From assembly GCA_900317375.1 (NCBI GenBank), contig ONGJ01000002.1:78841-142840 (forward strand): 64,000 nucleotides of DNA. The letters are read 5' to 3'. A program made the position numbers and the translations under genes. Position 1 is the first letter of the stretch. Each line of letters begins with the position of its first letter. The stretch comes from an uncultured Eubacteriales bacterium (lineage in GTDB: Bacteria > Bacillota > Clostridia > Oscillospirales > Oscillospiraceae). The notes beneath the pieces were generated by a model, which was not told the origin of the DNA, made no database searches, and saw only the letters and a list, made by a program, of their open reading frames with translations. Shown here one piece after another: positions 45,068-54,487 of the stretch.

Positions 45068-47650
45068 TCAGGTCGTTTGCATTCGAACTTCGAGGAGCTC
45101 ATAATCCTCCTCGGCGATTGCCTTTCTCACGGCTTCCTCGTCCATTTTACCGCAAAGCCTGACAACGGCAGTCCCCTTCTCATGGCTCGCTTCTGCCTCG
45201 TTGACAAAATCAAGCTTTTCCAGCGCCTTTTTCACTGCGGCTTCGCAGTGCTGGCACATCATTCCGTCAATGCGGAGGATCACGGTCCCGGCTCCTGCGC
45301 CTTTTTCTTTTACCTCCGTTCCATGTTCCTCTTCCTCCGGCAGAGCGCGCTTTCGCAGCGGTCTGTCCCGGGAGCTGTCATGCATGTCGAAAAGATTCAG
45401 CCGGAGCGCGTTCATGCAGACCGTAAAGCTTGAAAGGCTCATCGCCGCCGCGCCGATCATCGGGTTCATCTTCCAGGCGAAGAGCCCCGCCGCAAGCGGA
45501 ATACACACAGCGTTATAGAAGAAGGCCCAAAAGAGGTTTTCATGGATATTGCGCAAGGTTGCCCGGCTGAGTCGGATCGCCGCCGCCACATCGCTCAGGC
45601 GGCTGTTCATCAGGACAACATCGGCACTGTCGATGGCCACATCGGTTCCGGCCCCGATGGCGATACCGAGGTCGGCACGGGTCAGGGCGGGCGCATCGTT
45701 GATGCCGTCCCCTACCATAGCTACGGTTCCGCGTTTCTGCAGGCGGCGAATCACCGCCTCCTTGCCGTCGGGAAGGACGCCTGCAAACACGCGGTCGACC
45801 CCGGTTTCCTTGCCGATGGCATTCGCGGTGCGCTCGTTGTCACCGGTGAGCATGCAGACCTCGATGCCCATTTTCTGCAGTTGTCTGATCGCCTCGGCGG
45901 AATCGCTCTTCAGTGTGTCGGCAACAGCGATCACGCCGAGCAGACGCTCCTCCTCCAGGAAAAACAGCGGTGTTTTACCCTTTCCGGCGAGGACATCGGC
46001 TGCAGCGGCAAGCGGGCCATCCCCCTTCTTCAGTAAAGAACCGCCGGGAAGAGACGCTGCAAAGGCAGCGCTTCCCGCATAGACGGTATGGCCGTTTCTG
46101 CACGCGCGCAGACCGTTTCCGGGCAGAGCACGGAAATCCGTTACCTCGCCGGGCGTCAGGCTGCGTTTTTCAGCCTCGGCAACAACGGTGCGGGCAAGGG
46201 GATGCTCGCTCTTCCGCTCGAGGTCAAAGGCGGCGGACAGCAGTTCTTCTTCCCGAACCCCATCGGCAGGCAGGATGTCCGTGACACGCGGTTCTCCCGA
46301 AGTGATGGTCCCGGTCTTATCCAGCGCAATGATCTGTATCTTGCCGGCGGTCTCAAGAGCCTCCCCGGTTTTGAAGAGAATACCGTTTTTTGCCCCGAGA
46401 CCGTTTCCAACCATGATGGCAACAGGCGTAGCCAGGCCAAGCGCACAGGGGCAGGAGATGACCAGCACCGAGATGCCCCGCGCAAGAGCAAAGCTGAGCG
46501 TCTGCCCGGTCAGCAGCCATCCGGCCGTGACAAGTGCGGCTATGGCAATCACCGCCGGCACAAACACAGCGGAAACCCGATCCGCGATACGGGCTATCGG
46601 CGCTTTGGTAGCGGCAGCGTCCGATACCATGCGGACAATCTGGCTCAGCGTGGTGTCCTCGCCCACCCGGGTTGCCCGGCAGCGCAGATAGCCGGATCGG
46701 TTGACGGTGGCCGCACTGACGCGGTCCCCCTCCGCCTTGTCCACCGGGATCGACTCGCCGGTTAGTGCGGATTCGTCGACGGCCGCGCTCCCTTCGAGGA
46801 CAACACCGTCAACGGGTATGTTTTCACCCGGCCGAACGGCAAACACATCCCCCGGTCGAACTTCCTCTATACCGACTTCCACCTCTTCCCCGTCACGGAC
46901 CAGAATTGCCGTCTGCGGAGCCAGCTTCATCAGACTCTTCAGCGCATCGGTCGTCCGCCCTTTGGACATGGCCTCCAGCATTTTGCCGACGGTGATGAGG
47001 GCAGGGATCATGGCAGCGGATTCAAAGTAAAGCTGGTTATGGTATAGATCCATCAGTGCCATGTTGTCCGCCCCGCGGGTTATGAGGCCGCACATCTCGT
47101 AAAAGACAAAAACACTCCAGCCAAAGCTGACACCCGAGCCGAGCGCGACCAGGGTATCCATGTTCGGTGCACCATGAAGCAAAGAGCTGAAGCCGCTTGT
47201 GAAGAACTTCCGGTTGATGATCATTACCGTCAGCGCCAGCAGCATCTGGGTCAGCGTCAGGCCGAGGTGATTATGCTCAAAATACGCTGGCAGCGGCCAG
47301 GAGAGCATATTGTGGCCCATGGTGATATACATGAGCACCAGCAGAAAGCCCACAGAAAGAGCAAGGCGGCGTTTCAGGGCGGGGGTTTCCCGATCCCGGA
47401 GCGCATCCTCTTCGGCGGCAAAGCCGCTCCTGCTTTCCGCCGGTCTGTCCCCTCCCTTGAGGGCCGCACCGTAGCCGGCCTTCTCAACTGCCGCAATCAC
47501 GGCCTCCGCCTCGGCCGGACCCTCAACGCCCATGGAATTGGTCAGCAGGCTGACACTGCAGTTCTGCACGCCGGGAACGGAGGACACCGCTTTCTCAACG
47601 CGTGCCTGACAGGCTGCACAGCTCATGCCGGTAACAACATACTGTTTCAT
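45068..47650 (-). CDS. copA: copper-translocating P1B-type ATPase with N- and C-terminal HMA domains
   Basis: ORF 45068..47665 trimmed to [18 protein letters not shown] (HMA). TGES, CPC ([11 protein letters not shown]), [13 protein letters not shown]. An extra C-terminal HMA ([20 protein letters not shown]). Confidence 0.93.
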   Translation of the reverse strand: MKQYVVTGMSCAACQARVEKAVSSVPGVQNCSVSLLTNSMGVEGPAEAEAVIAAVEKAGYGAALKGGDRPAESRSGFAAEEDALRDRETPALKRRLALSVGFLLVLMYITMGHNMLSWPLPAYFEHNHLGLTLTQMLLALTVMIINRKFFTSGFSSLLHGAPNMDTLVALGSGVSFGWSVFVFYEMCGLITRGADNMALMDLYHNQLYFESAAMIPALITVGKMLEAMSKGRTTDALKSLMKLAPQTAILVRDGEEVEVGIEEVRPGDVFAVRPGENIPVDGVVLEGSAAVDESALTGESIPVDKAEGDRVSAATVNRSGYLRCRATRVGEDTTLSQIVRMVSDAAATKAPIARIADRVSAVFVPAVIAIAALVTAGWLLTGQTLSFALARGISVLVISCPCALGLATPVAIMVGNGLGAKNGILFKTGEALETAGKIQIIALDKTGTITSGEPRVTDILPADGVREEELLSAAFDLERKSEHPLARTVVAEAEKRSLTPGEVTDFRALPGNGLRACRNGHTVYAGSAAFAASLPGGSLLKKGDGPLAAAADVLAGKGKTPLFFLEEERLLGVIAVADTLKSDSAEAIRQLQKMGIEVCMLTGDNERTANAIGKETGVDRVFAGVLPDGKEAVIRRLQKRGTVAMVGDGINDAPALTRADLGIAIGAGTDVAIDSADVVLMNSRLSDVAAAIRLSRATLRNIHENLFWAFFYNAVCIPLAAGLFAWKMNPMIGAAAMSLSSFTVCMNALRLNLFDMHDSSRDRPLRKRALPEEEEHGTEVKEKGAGAGTVILRIDGMMCQHCEAAVKKALEKLDFVNEAEASHEKGTAVVRLCGKMDEEAVRKAIAEEDYELLEVRMQTT

Positions 47651-47709
47651 CAGAAAACCTCGCAAAGGAGCCGGAAATATGTTAATCTTTCCTAACTCCC
47701 GTATTACAG

Positions 47710-47741
47710 GCAGGAGACGCGATCCGCGTCCCCTGCTTTTT
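47710..47741. terminator. GC hairpin between the lectin-domain gene and copA
   Basis: GCAGGAGACGCG-atc-CGCGTCCCCTGC followed by TTTTT on the plus strand only. The minus-strand version has a G-U in place of the A-C mismatch but no U tract, so orientation and function are ambiguous. Confidence 0.35.
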
Positions 47742-47760
47742 GCCGTTCAGGCCATTCCGG

Positions 47761-49539
47761 TCAGCCGATTTTCTCGACCGCGTAGCCGATATGGCCGCCG
47801 TACATCCCATAGAAATCAATAAGCGGATTCTCACGGCTGTCGTTATAGACCCACTTGCCTCCATGCTTCCAGAGCATGACATAATCCTCGGCGGCACCGT
47901 CACCGCTGTCGGTATAGGAAGGCTCGCCGTTGTCCCAGGGATAGAAGGTGACATTCTCGCCGCTCTCCCAGATGATGTTGCCGTCCTCGCGGTGTGCACC
48001 GATCCAGACGCGGTCGATACCCGCCTGTTCGGCCAGCGCAATGATCTGGTTCATCTCTTCTTCGTTGTTGATGACCGCGAGGAAACCGCCGTGATCATGC
48101 GCGGCCTGCTGGGCCTCAAGCCAGCCCATATCTGCCTTGATAACCTCATAGGTGTGCGGTGCGTTGGGATCGGTCAGCGCCAGCTCGGCCTCGGCCTGCT
48201 GCGCCTGCTGTTCAGCCTGCTGCTGGGCTTCCAGTTCCGCCTGCTGCGCTTCCTGTTCGGCCTGCTGCTGAAGCTGCTGCTCGGACATGATGGCAGAGAT
48301 GTCCATCTCGGTGGTCACCTGCGGATCAACAGTAGGCACCACAATGGTCACGTCCTGCATGGCAGGGTTATCCTGTCTTGCCGAAAAAGCGTTGATCAGG
48401 ATATTGGCAACCACCGCCGCAATCAGCAGAACCGCCAAAAGAAGCAGCACCACAAGGAAGGGACGCTTTTTCTGTTCCGGTTCCTCTTCGGCATTCTGTG
48501 TTTTGGCCGCTCTGGCAGGAGCCTTTCTGCCGCCTTTGCTGGCAACCGTAATCGGTGCGAGCTCCGGGTCTTCCTCTTCCGTCAGAATCGGGATGCCCTT
48601 TTTATTGCTTCCGGGTTCGTACACACGTATCTCCTCCTCCGCTTCAAGCTCTGCCGGGTCTACAGGATCCGGTTCATCCAGGCCGAAATACTCGGCCAGG
48701 CCGCTGTCCTTTTCCTCCGGCACCGGTTTCTTTTCCGGCCGGACAAGACCGGCCTGGGAAAACATCTCATCCTCTGTCTGCACGGTGCTGTCTCCTTCAC
48801 TGCGCACGGATGCGACAATCTCATCCAGATAGTCGTCCTCATCCGCTTCCTTCTCTGCGGCAAGCTCGGCATCCGCCTCACCGGCAATAATCTTCAGCAT
48901 GATCTGTTCGAGATCGCTGAGCTCCTCCTCGCTTTTCTGGAAAATCGCCTCAGCGCCCGATTTTTCACGCAGCAGGCGCTTATCCTCGCAGTAATCCAGC
49001 ATAACGGCCATTTCTTCCGGGTTGCGGTATCGGTCGCCCTCTTTGAAGCGGAGAGCTTTTTCAATGATGTCGCCCAGATGTTTGCCTGCCGCGGCTGGGG
49101 CATAGACCGTCTTGCCGCTCATGCGCATCAGCTGCGCATTGCCGCTCTCGCCTTCAAAGGGGAGCTTTCCTGCGCTGGCGCCGTAATAAAGAATCAGACC
49201 GAGTGCGTACACATCCGACTGCGGGGAGGTCTTGTTGTTCCAGTAGATTTCCGGTGCGATATACGGCAGCTCTTCCTGACTCCAGTCGCTCTTCTTCACC
49301 GGTCCAATAGCAATATTCCCGTTGGGGCTGCGGCTGATGTTTTCCGGGTAGATCCCCCCGTGATATGCCTTATTCCCGGCTTCGGCCTTGACCTGACGCG
49401 CGATTTCAGCAACCAGTTCACAGAGCTCTTTCCGGCTCAGTTCAATCAGATTCTTGCTGATCGCATATTCAGGCTCAAATACATGCTGTTCGATCTTCCG
49501 CACCTCCCGTGCAGGTTGCGAATGCCCCTTACAATTCAA
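47761..49539 (-). CDS. single-pass membrane protein: degenerate Ser/Thr protein kinase C-lobe (pseudokinase) + acidic linker + TM + Gln-rich coiled coil + C-type lectin-like domain
   Basis: 592 aa with an uncertain TTG start. Kinase-like aa 35-185 (YHGGIYPENI in place of HRDxKPxN, no DFG, APE retained in YIAPEIY, SDVYALGLILYY). TM at aa 360-385. CTLD at aa ~461-590 (GW.EAQ, VWIGA, WDNGEPS, KWVYND). Confidence 0.8.
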   Translation of the reverse strand: MNCKGHSQPAREVRKIEQHVFEPEYAISKNLIELSRKELCELVAEIARQVKAEAGNKAYHGGIYPENISRSPNGNIAIGPVKKSDWSQEELPYIAPEIYWNNKTSPQSDVYALGLILYYGASAGKLPFEGESGNAQLMRMSGKTVYAPAAAGKHLGDIIEKALRFKEGDRYRNPEEMAVMLDYCEDKRLLREKSGAEAIFQKSEEELSDLEQIMLKIIAGEADAELAAEKEADEDDYLDEIVASVRSEGDSTVQTEDEMFSQAGLVRPEKKPVPEEKDSGLAEYFGLDEPDPVDPAELEAEEEIRVYEPGSNKKGIPILTEEEDPELAPITVASKGGRKAPARAAKTQNAEEEPEQKKRPFLVVLLLLAVLLIAAVVANILINAFSARQDNPAMQDVTIVVPTVDPQVTTEMDISAIMSEQQLQQQAEQEAQQAELEAQQQAEQQAQQAEAELALTDPNAPHTYEVIKADMGWLEAQQAAHDHGGFLAVINNEEEMNQIIALAEQAGIDRVWIGAHREDGNIIWESGENVTFYPWDNGEPSYTDSGDGAAEDYVMLWKHGGKWVYNDSRENPLIDFYGMYGGHIGYAVEKIG

Positions 49540-49623
49540 TGTATCGTATCACAGCCCTCCCTTTCCCGTCAAGGTTTTTAAAGTCTCAAATCAGAGTCAT
49601 CTGAAAGACAAAAAAAGAAATAC

Positions 49624-49652
49624 TTGACAATTCTTTCTGATTGTGCTATTTT
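49624..49652 (+). promoter_or_regulatory. putative promoter of the initiator tRNA
   Basis: TTGACA (49624-29), 17 nt spacer, TGc-TATTTT (49647-52), 26 nt upstream of the tRNA. Confidence 0.55.
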
Positions 49653-49678
49653 ATATAAGCTTTCAGGAGCAATCATAT

Positions 49679-49754
<76 letters not shown>

Positions 49755-49758
49755 CAAA

Positions 49759-49791
49759 ACCGCTTGATTCAATATGAATCAGGCGGTATTT
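49759..49791 (+). terminator. tRNA-fMet terminator
   Basis: ACCGCTTGATTCA-ata-TGAATCAGGCGGT (one G-U pair) followed by ATTT. Confidence 0.5.
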
Positions 49792-49918
49792 ACTATGCTT
49801 CATCTCTGTATGCATGCGAAAAGTCAGCTGGAAATCAACTTGCTTTCAGACAGCAAAAGACAGGCAGCAGGGCGGTGAGCTTCGATCTGGAGCTGACTGC
49901 CCTGCATGGTTTCGGCGG

Positions 49919-50542
49919 CTATGCCGTCACCTTCTCAAAATCCGAAGCGGGATGCTTGCACAGAGGGCAGATGAAATCCTCCGGAAGTTCCTCACCGACG
50001 TATTCATATCCGCAGATCTTGCAGCGCCATACGGTCTTGCCCTCCGCGGTTTTCTCTTTCTTCTCCGGCTTGGGTTTAATAGAATTTTGATAGTATGTGT
50101 AAGTCGCCGACGGGGTTTCCGTAAGGGTGTCCATATCCGTCACTTCCGCAACAAACAGAATATGCGAGCCCAGATCAATTTCCTGCTCCACCTTTGCGCT
50201 GATCCAGGCGTTGGTGCCTTCCGTCACGATCAGCGCACCGTTTTCGGCACGGCGGACCGCATCATAACCGGCAAACTTATCCGTGTCCCGCCCGCTCTGA
50301 AATCCGAAGCGCTTGAACAGTCCGAACTCCGCATTCTCCGCGATCACGGAAACGGTAAAGCAGCCGCTCTCCCGAATCATATCACAGGTATAATTGGTCC
50401 TGTTCACCGCAAGCGTTATTCTGTTGGGCTGTGTCGTCACCTGCGCCACTGTATTGGTAATGCAGCCGTTATCCTTCTGTCCGACTCTGGCTGTTACAAC
50501 AAACAGTCCGTAAGATAGTGCATACATGGCTTTTTTGTTCAC
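49919..50542 (-). CDS. flavin reductase-like domain fused to rubredoxin (high-molecular-weight rubredoxin type)
   Basis: 207 aa with a GTG start after AGGAAG. N-terminal flavin reductase-like fold and a C-terminal rubredoxin WRCKICGYEY...FICPLCKHP. Confidence 0.88.
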   Translation of the reverse strand: MNKKAMYALSYGLFVVTARVGQKDNGCITNTVAQVTTQPNRITLAVNRTNYTCDMIRESGCFTVSVIAENAEFGLFKRFGFQSGRDTDKFAGYDAVRRAENGALIVTEGTNAWISAKVEQEIDLGSHILFVAEVTDMDTLTETPSATYTYYQNSIKPKPEKKEKTAEGKTVWRCKICGYEYVGEELPEDFICPLCKHPASDFEKVTA

Positions 50543-50951
50543 TGTTTTTCTTCCTTTCTGTCATTTATTTCATGTCCGTACTGTCTTAAGCTTTGCTTCT
50601 TTCTTACAGATTGACAATAGGGTTGGACTTGCCGCTATTCGGATCCTGCTGCAGCAGCTGATCTGAGATGCTGAAGGTCACGCTTCAGGCTCTCTGGCAG
50701 ATAGCCCTCGAGGCTCTCTTTCGCAGCGACGAACAGTGCTGTCCGGTCCCGCTCCGTCATCTTCTCATATTGTCTGCAGAGCAGCATGGCTTTCAGAAGG
50801 CCGATCTTTTCATTTCATCCCCCAAAGCATCTCAAACGGCATGCAACACAGGATGGCTTTTGTTTTGCTTCAGAATAGCAGGGTTTGCGCAATCCGTCAA
50901 CAGTCATTGCCGTCCGCTCCCCTTCCGAATTCTCTTCCTTCGAATTCTCTG

Positions 50952-50980
50952 TTGAACAGTGCTCTGCGCTTTGCTATAAT
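50952..50980 (+). promoter_or_regulatory. putative promoter of the exonuclease gene
   Basis: TTGAAC (50952-57), 17 nt spacer, TGc-TATAAT (50975-80). Confidence 0.55.
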
Positions 50981-51044
50981 ATCTGTCTGTCAGGATAGAC
51001 GATACTCGACTCGGGACGACCGGTCAAAACATACGGAGGCCGCC

Positions 51045-51581
51045 TTGCAGAACCGATACATTGTGTTTGACGTGGAAACGCCGAACCGCTGGAACAACCG
51101 AATCAGCGCCATCGGCATCAGCGTCGTAGAAAACGGACGCATTATAGACAACTACTATTCTCTGGTCGATCCGGAGCAGCCCTTTGACCGCTTCAACAGC
51201 ATGCTGACGGGCATCAACGAGGAGACGGTCTTTGATGCTCCCTGCTTTCCGGAGATATGGGAAGAAATTGAGCCTCTGATGTCCTCGGGGATTCTCGTCG
51301 CACATAATGCGGGTTTCGACATGGGCGTCCTGCGCAAGTGTCTGTCCGCTTATGAAATTGCATGGAGGCCGACAGTCCGAGGGATCTGTACCGTGATCAT
51401 GGGCCGGAGCCTGCTGCCGGGAATCAGCCACAGGCTGAACGACATGTGTGATTATTACGGCATCTGCCTCAACCACCACCAGGCAGACAGCGACAGCCGC
51501 GCCTGTGCGGAGATCCTGATCCGCTACATGGAGGGCGGCGCCGAACCGGGAAAATATATCCGCAGCTACCGGATGGATTAG
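51045..51581 (+). CDS. DEDDh 3'-5' exonuclease (DnaQ/epsilon-like)
   Basis: ORF 50736..51581 trimmed to the TTG at 51045, 5 nt after GGAGG and downstream of the promoter. ExoI FDVETPN, ExoII LVAHNAGFDMGVL, ExoIII HHQADSDSRA. Confidence 0.8.
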   Translation: MQNRYIVFDVETPNRWNNRISAIGISVVENGRIIDNYYSLVDPEQPFDRFNSMLTGINEETVFDAPCFPEIWEEIEPLMSSGILVAHNAGFDMGVLRKCLSAYEIAWRPTVRGICTVIMGRSLLPGISHRLNDMCDYYGICLNHHQADSDSRACAEILIRYMEGGAEPGKYIRSYRMD

Positions 51582-51746
51582 TCGCTCCGGAGGCTATTCT
51601 CCGATGAGTCTTGCGAATTCTCTATGGTGCGTTCTTTCAAAAATGTGCGGAAGAGAAACCGGGTCTTCACACCTGTGTTTCTCCTACGCACATTTCTTAT
51701 ACACAATGATTCCCCTGCCTGGTCAATCGCAGCAGCAATCCGTTTT

Positions 51747-53357
51747 TCAGATGCTGTTGATGACACCCTGGATGCCTTCCCGGTCGTAGATCTCGCGCAC
51801 CCAGGAGATTTCATCCCGTATCAGGTCATCGATGACGCGCATGCCCAGCAGTTCCACCGGTGCCCGGTCATCGGTCATGATATGCTCACCGCCCTCACAG
51901 GTCTTAAGGCCGGAAGAAACGAGCATCAGCATGTCCCGCAGTTCCGGATCGGCGCAGAGAGCGACATTCCTCTGAAAGGTTTCCATCGCGCCGGGCTTCA
52001 GAGCGGCGAACAGTTCTCGGTTGGTGCTGTAGCGCACATCCGCTGTCCACACAGACGGGAACACGGCGCAGATGGTGTCGGACAGGTACTGCGTAATGCT
52101 GCCTTCCTCCTTATCGCCGCGCATGTTCATGTTCACCACCATGACGCCGTCCTCCTTCAGATGCGCACGCACCATTGTAAAGAACTCCAGAGAGGACATC
52201 TGAAACGGGATGGTGATATCCTGATACGCATCCACCATGATGACGTCATACTGTTTATCCACAGCGTTCAGATACGCACGCCCGTCATAGGTGGTAACGT
52301 TCATGTCTTCCGGCATGGCGAAATACTCATGTGCGAGCCGGCTGATCTTCCCGTCAATCTCAACGCCCTCGATATGCATGGCCGGGTAATAGTGTGCACA
52401 CTGACTGCCGTAGGTGCCCGTACCCATCCCCAGTATCAGCATCTCGAAGGGTTTTTGATCGGCCGTCTTTTCCGCAATGCCGGCCATCATCGGCGCTGCC
52501 ATGGCATAGTCATAGTACATGCCGGTCAGGGATGCATCCTTGCGCATGATGGACTGGACACCGAAAAGGACGTTGGTCGAAAGAATGACGCTGTCGTCCG
52601 TTTCCTCCACCTGAAGATAGTTGTAGATCGACTCTCCCTCATAAAGCAGGTCTTGCTTCCAAAAGGCAAAATTCGAGCGCCAGCCCAGCACGCAGCTCAG
52701 CAGGAACAGGAGGATTGCCGCGATGGACAGGCCCGGCTTTTTCCGAACACTGATGAAATACAGCAATGCCAGAACAAGCAGAATCCCTGCAAATATCAGG
52801 AAGCTGATCGAGGTTCCGACCGCAGGGATGGTGAGGAAGGTCGGGACAAAGGTGCCGATGATACTGCCCACGGTGTTGGCCGCACCGAGCATGCCCACGA
52901 TACCGGCGTTGTCCTCCAGGTTATCCATCGTGTACTTGGCAAGCGACGGCGTTACGGTTCCGAGCAGAAAGAGCGGAAACACAAAGATGACCATGCAGGC
53001 CGCAAAGGCCGCCCAGATCAGGTAGTTGGCATTCACGGTAAAGATCAGGACCGCCGAGATCCCGAGGATCATATACTTGCCCAGAACGGGAATCATCGCG
53101 ATCCATACGGCTGCGATCAGGATGCGGCGGTAGAGTCTGTCCGGGTTCGGGTCCCGGTCCGCCGTGCGCCCGCCGTAGATGTTTCCCAGCGCCATGGCGA
53201 TCATGATCGTACCGATAATGATGGTCCAGACGATCTGAGACGAAGAAAAATAAGGTGCCAGCAGACGGCTTGCCCCGAGTTCGACGGCCATGACCGACAT
53301 GCCGGCAAAGAACTCCGTCAGATACAGATAGATTTTGTTTTTCAGAAGATGCGGCAT
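51747..53357 (-). CDS. fused membrane (MFS-like) / spermidine synthase-like protein
   Basis: 536 aa. ~7 N-terminal TM helices, then an aminopropyltransferase-like Rossmann domain (MLILGMGTGT...GVEIDG...VIMVDAYQD). Confidence 0.85.
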   Translation of the reverse strand: MPHLLKNKIYLYLTEFFAGMSVMAVELGASRLLAPYFSSSQIVWTIIIGTIMIAMALGNIYGGRTADRDPNPDRLYRRILIAAVWIAMIPVLGKYMILGISAVLIFTVNANYLIWAAFAACMVIFVFPLFLLGTVTPSLAKYTMDNLEDNAGIVGMLGAANTVGSIIGTFVPTFLTIPAVGTSISFLIFAGILLVLALLYFISVRKKPGLSIAAILLFLLSCVLGWRSNFAFWKQDLLYEGESIYNYLQVEETDDSVILSTNVLFGVQSIMRKDASLTGMYYDYAMAAPMMAGIAEKTADQKPFEMLILGMGTGTYGSQCAHYYPAMHIEGVEIDGKISRLAHEYFAMPEDMNVTTYDGRAYLNAVDKQYDVIMVDAYQDITIPFQMSSLEFFTMVRAHLKEDGVMVVNMNMRGDKEEGSITQYLSDTICAVFPSVWTADVRYSTNRELFAALKPGAMETFQRNVALCADPELRDMLMLVSSGLKTCEGGEHIMTDDRAPVELLGMRVIDDLIRDEISWVREIYDREGIQGVINSI

Positions 53358-53453
53358 ACGGCCTCCTGCAGCTGCGTATCAACGTATCGGACAAACAAAA
53401 AACCCGGCCCCTGCCCTCTTCCGAGGGAAAGGGCTGGGTTCTGTTCTGTCTGC

Positions 53454-54104
53454 TTACCAGAGGTCGACGGAGCCGGCCTCGTCACCCTTGACCCAGTAGG
53501 CCTTGTTGACGTCCACGCGGACATAAACCTTATCGGCCTCACCGATCTTGGCAAGAATTGCTTCCGGTGTGATCTCGCCGCCCATGGGGGACTGAATCAC
53601 CACTTCGGGCTTCTTCGGCAGAACCTTCTTGACGGCCCCGGCTGCGGCAGCACCGGCAGCCTTGGTGGTCTTTTTGACCTTCTTCTCCGCCTTGGCGGCA
53701 ACGGCCTTTGCCTTGGTGGTGGTCTCAACGGCTTTCGCCTTGGCCTTGGCAGCCTTCGCCTTGGTCTCGGCAACTTTTTCTTTGGTCTCGGCAACCTTTT
53801 CCTTGGTTTCGGCAACCTTCTTCTCAGCCTTTTCTTTGGTCTCGATGGCGCCGTTCACAACCGCCTCGGCCTTCTTCTCGACCGCTTCGATCTTCTCCTC
53901 GACCTTCTTTTCGGCCGCCTGAACCTTCTTCACTTCAGGCTCAATGACTTCGCCGTATACTTCCTTCACCTTGTCGATAATCTTCTGGCTGGTCTTCATG
54001 CGTCCGGCTTCAACGGAAGCAACTGCTGAACTGCTGACGCCGATGGTTTTGGCAAATGCGGCCTGTGAGAGCTTGGCTTTTTCACGGACTTCTTTCAGAT
54101 TCAT
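53454..54104 (-). CDS. XRE-type HTH protein with a histone H1-like Lys/Ala/Glu repeat region and a conserved C-terminal domain
   Basis: ORF 53454..54164 trimmed to MNLKEVREKAKLSQAAFAKTIGVSSSAVASVEAG (HTH_3-like). Central VAETKEKVAETKEKVAETKAKAAKAKAKA. C-terminal VVIQSPMGGEITPEAILAKIGEADKVYVRVDVNKAYWV. Confidence 0.78.
   Translation of the reverse strand: MNLKEVREKAKLSQAAFAKTIGVSSSAVASVEAGRMKTSQKIIDKVKEVYGEVIEPEVKKVQAAEKKVEEKIEAVEKKAEAVVNGAIETKEKAEKKVAETKEKVAETKEKVAETKAKAAKAKAKAVETTTKAKAVAAKAEKKVKKTTKAAGAAAAGAVKKVLPKKPEVVIQSPMGGEITPEAILAKIGEADKVYVRVDVNKAYWVKGDEAGSVDLW
53761..53823 (-). repeat. 3 x 21-nt in-frame tandem repeat (encodes VAETKEK units)
   Basis: Plus strand TTGGTCTCGGCAACTTTTTCT / TTGGTCTCGGCAACCTTTTCC / TTGGTTTCGGCAACCTTCTTC. 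Confidence 0.85.
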
Positions 54105-54487
54105 ATATCTATACTTCCTTTCCTTTTTCATGAATCGTGCGTATTGTATCACTGATATCTGCACATGTCTACTGCATTTTCATTATTTCTGCCTTTTTTG
54201 GTACTTTTCATCATGAAAAACCGTGTTTCATGGCATACGTACGGTTCGGTTATGGTAAAATTGCTGATAGCTGCAGAATCCACAGTATGCAGGGCTGACC
54301 TGCGCTGTCCGGGACAGCAGGCACATATCGATTTCTCAGTAAACTGCTTCTCACGGTTTTTGCCTCTCTTTGTCCGCATGTCATCCGCTGATCAGAAATC
54401 CATCCGCTGTGCAGCCGGTAATGGTTGCTTTTCCCCGGCTGCCGTGTTAAACTGTTTATACCATGCTCTGCACAAGGAGTTTATGAT

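Noticed and set aside
47767-48159. C-type lectin domain as the variable protein of a diversity-generating retroelement
   Set aside because: DGR targets use CLec folds, but there is no reverse transcriptase, template repeat, or adenine-specific VR/TR pair anywhere in the window. The domain looks like a canonical lectin CTLD, not the FGE-type DGR scaffold.
38428-49581. Antisense ORFs 38428..39597, 43591..44895 and 47740..49581
   Set aside because: They lie opposite an ABC permease, araR and the pseudokinase-lectin gene respectively. They have no motifs, and ORF 43591..44895 also runs through the tRNA-fragment repeat.
51624-54029. 801-aa plus-strand ORF
   Set aside because: Antisense to the spermidine-synthase-like fusion gene and the HTH/H1-like gene. 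It has His/Arg/Gly-rich junk composition and no recognisable domain.
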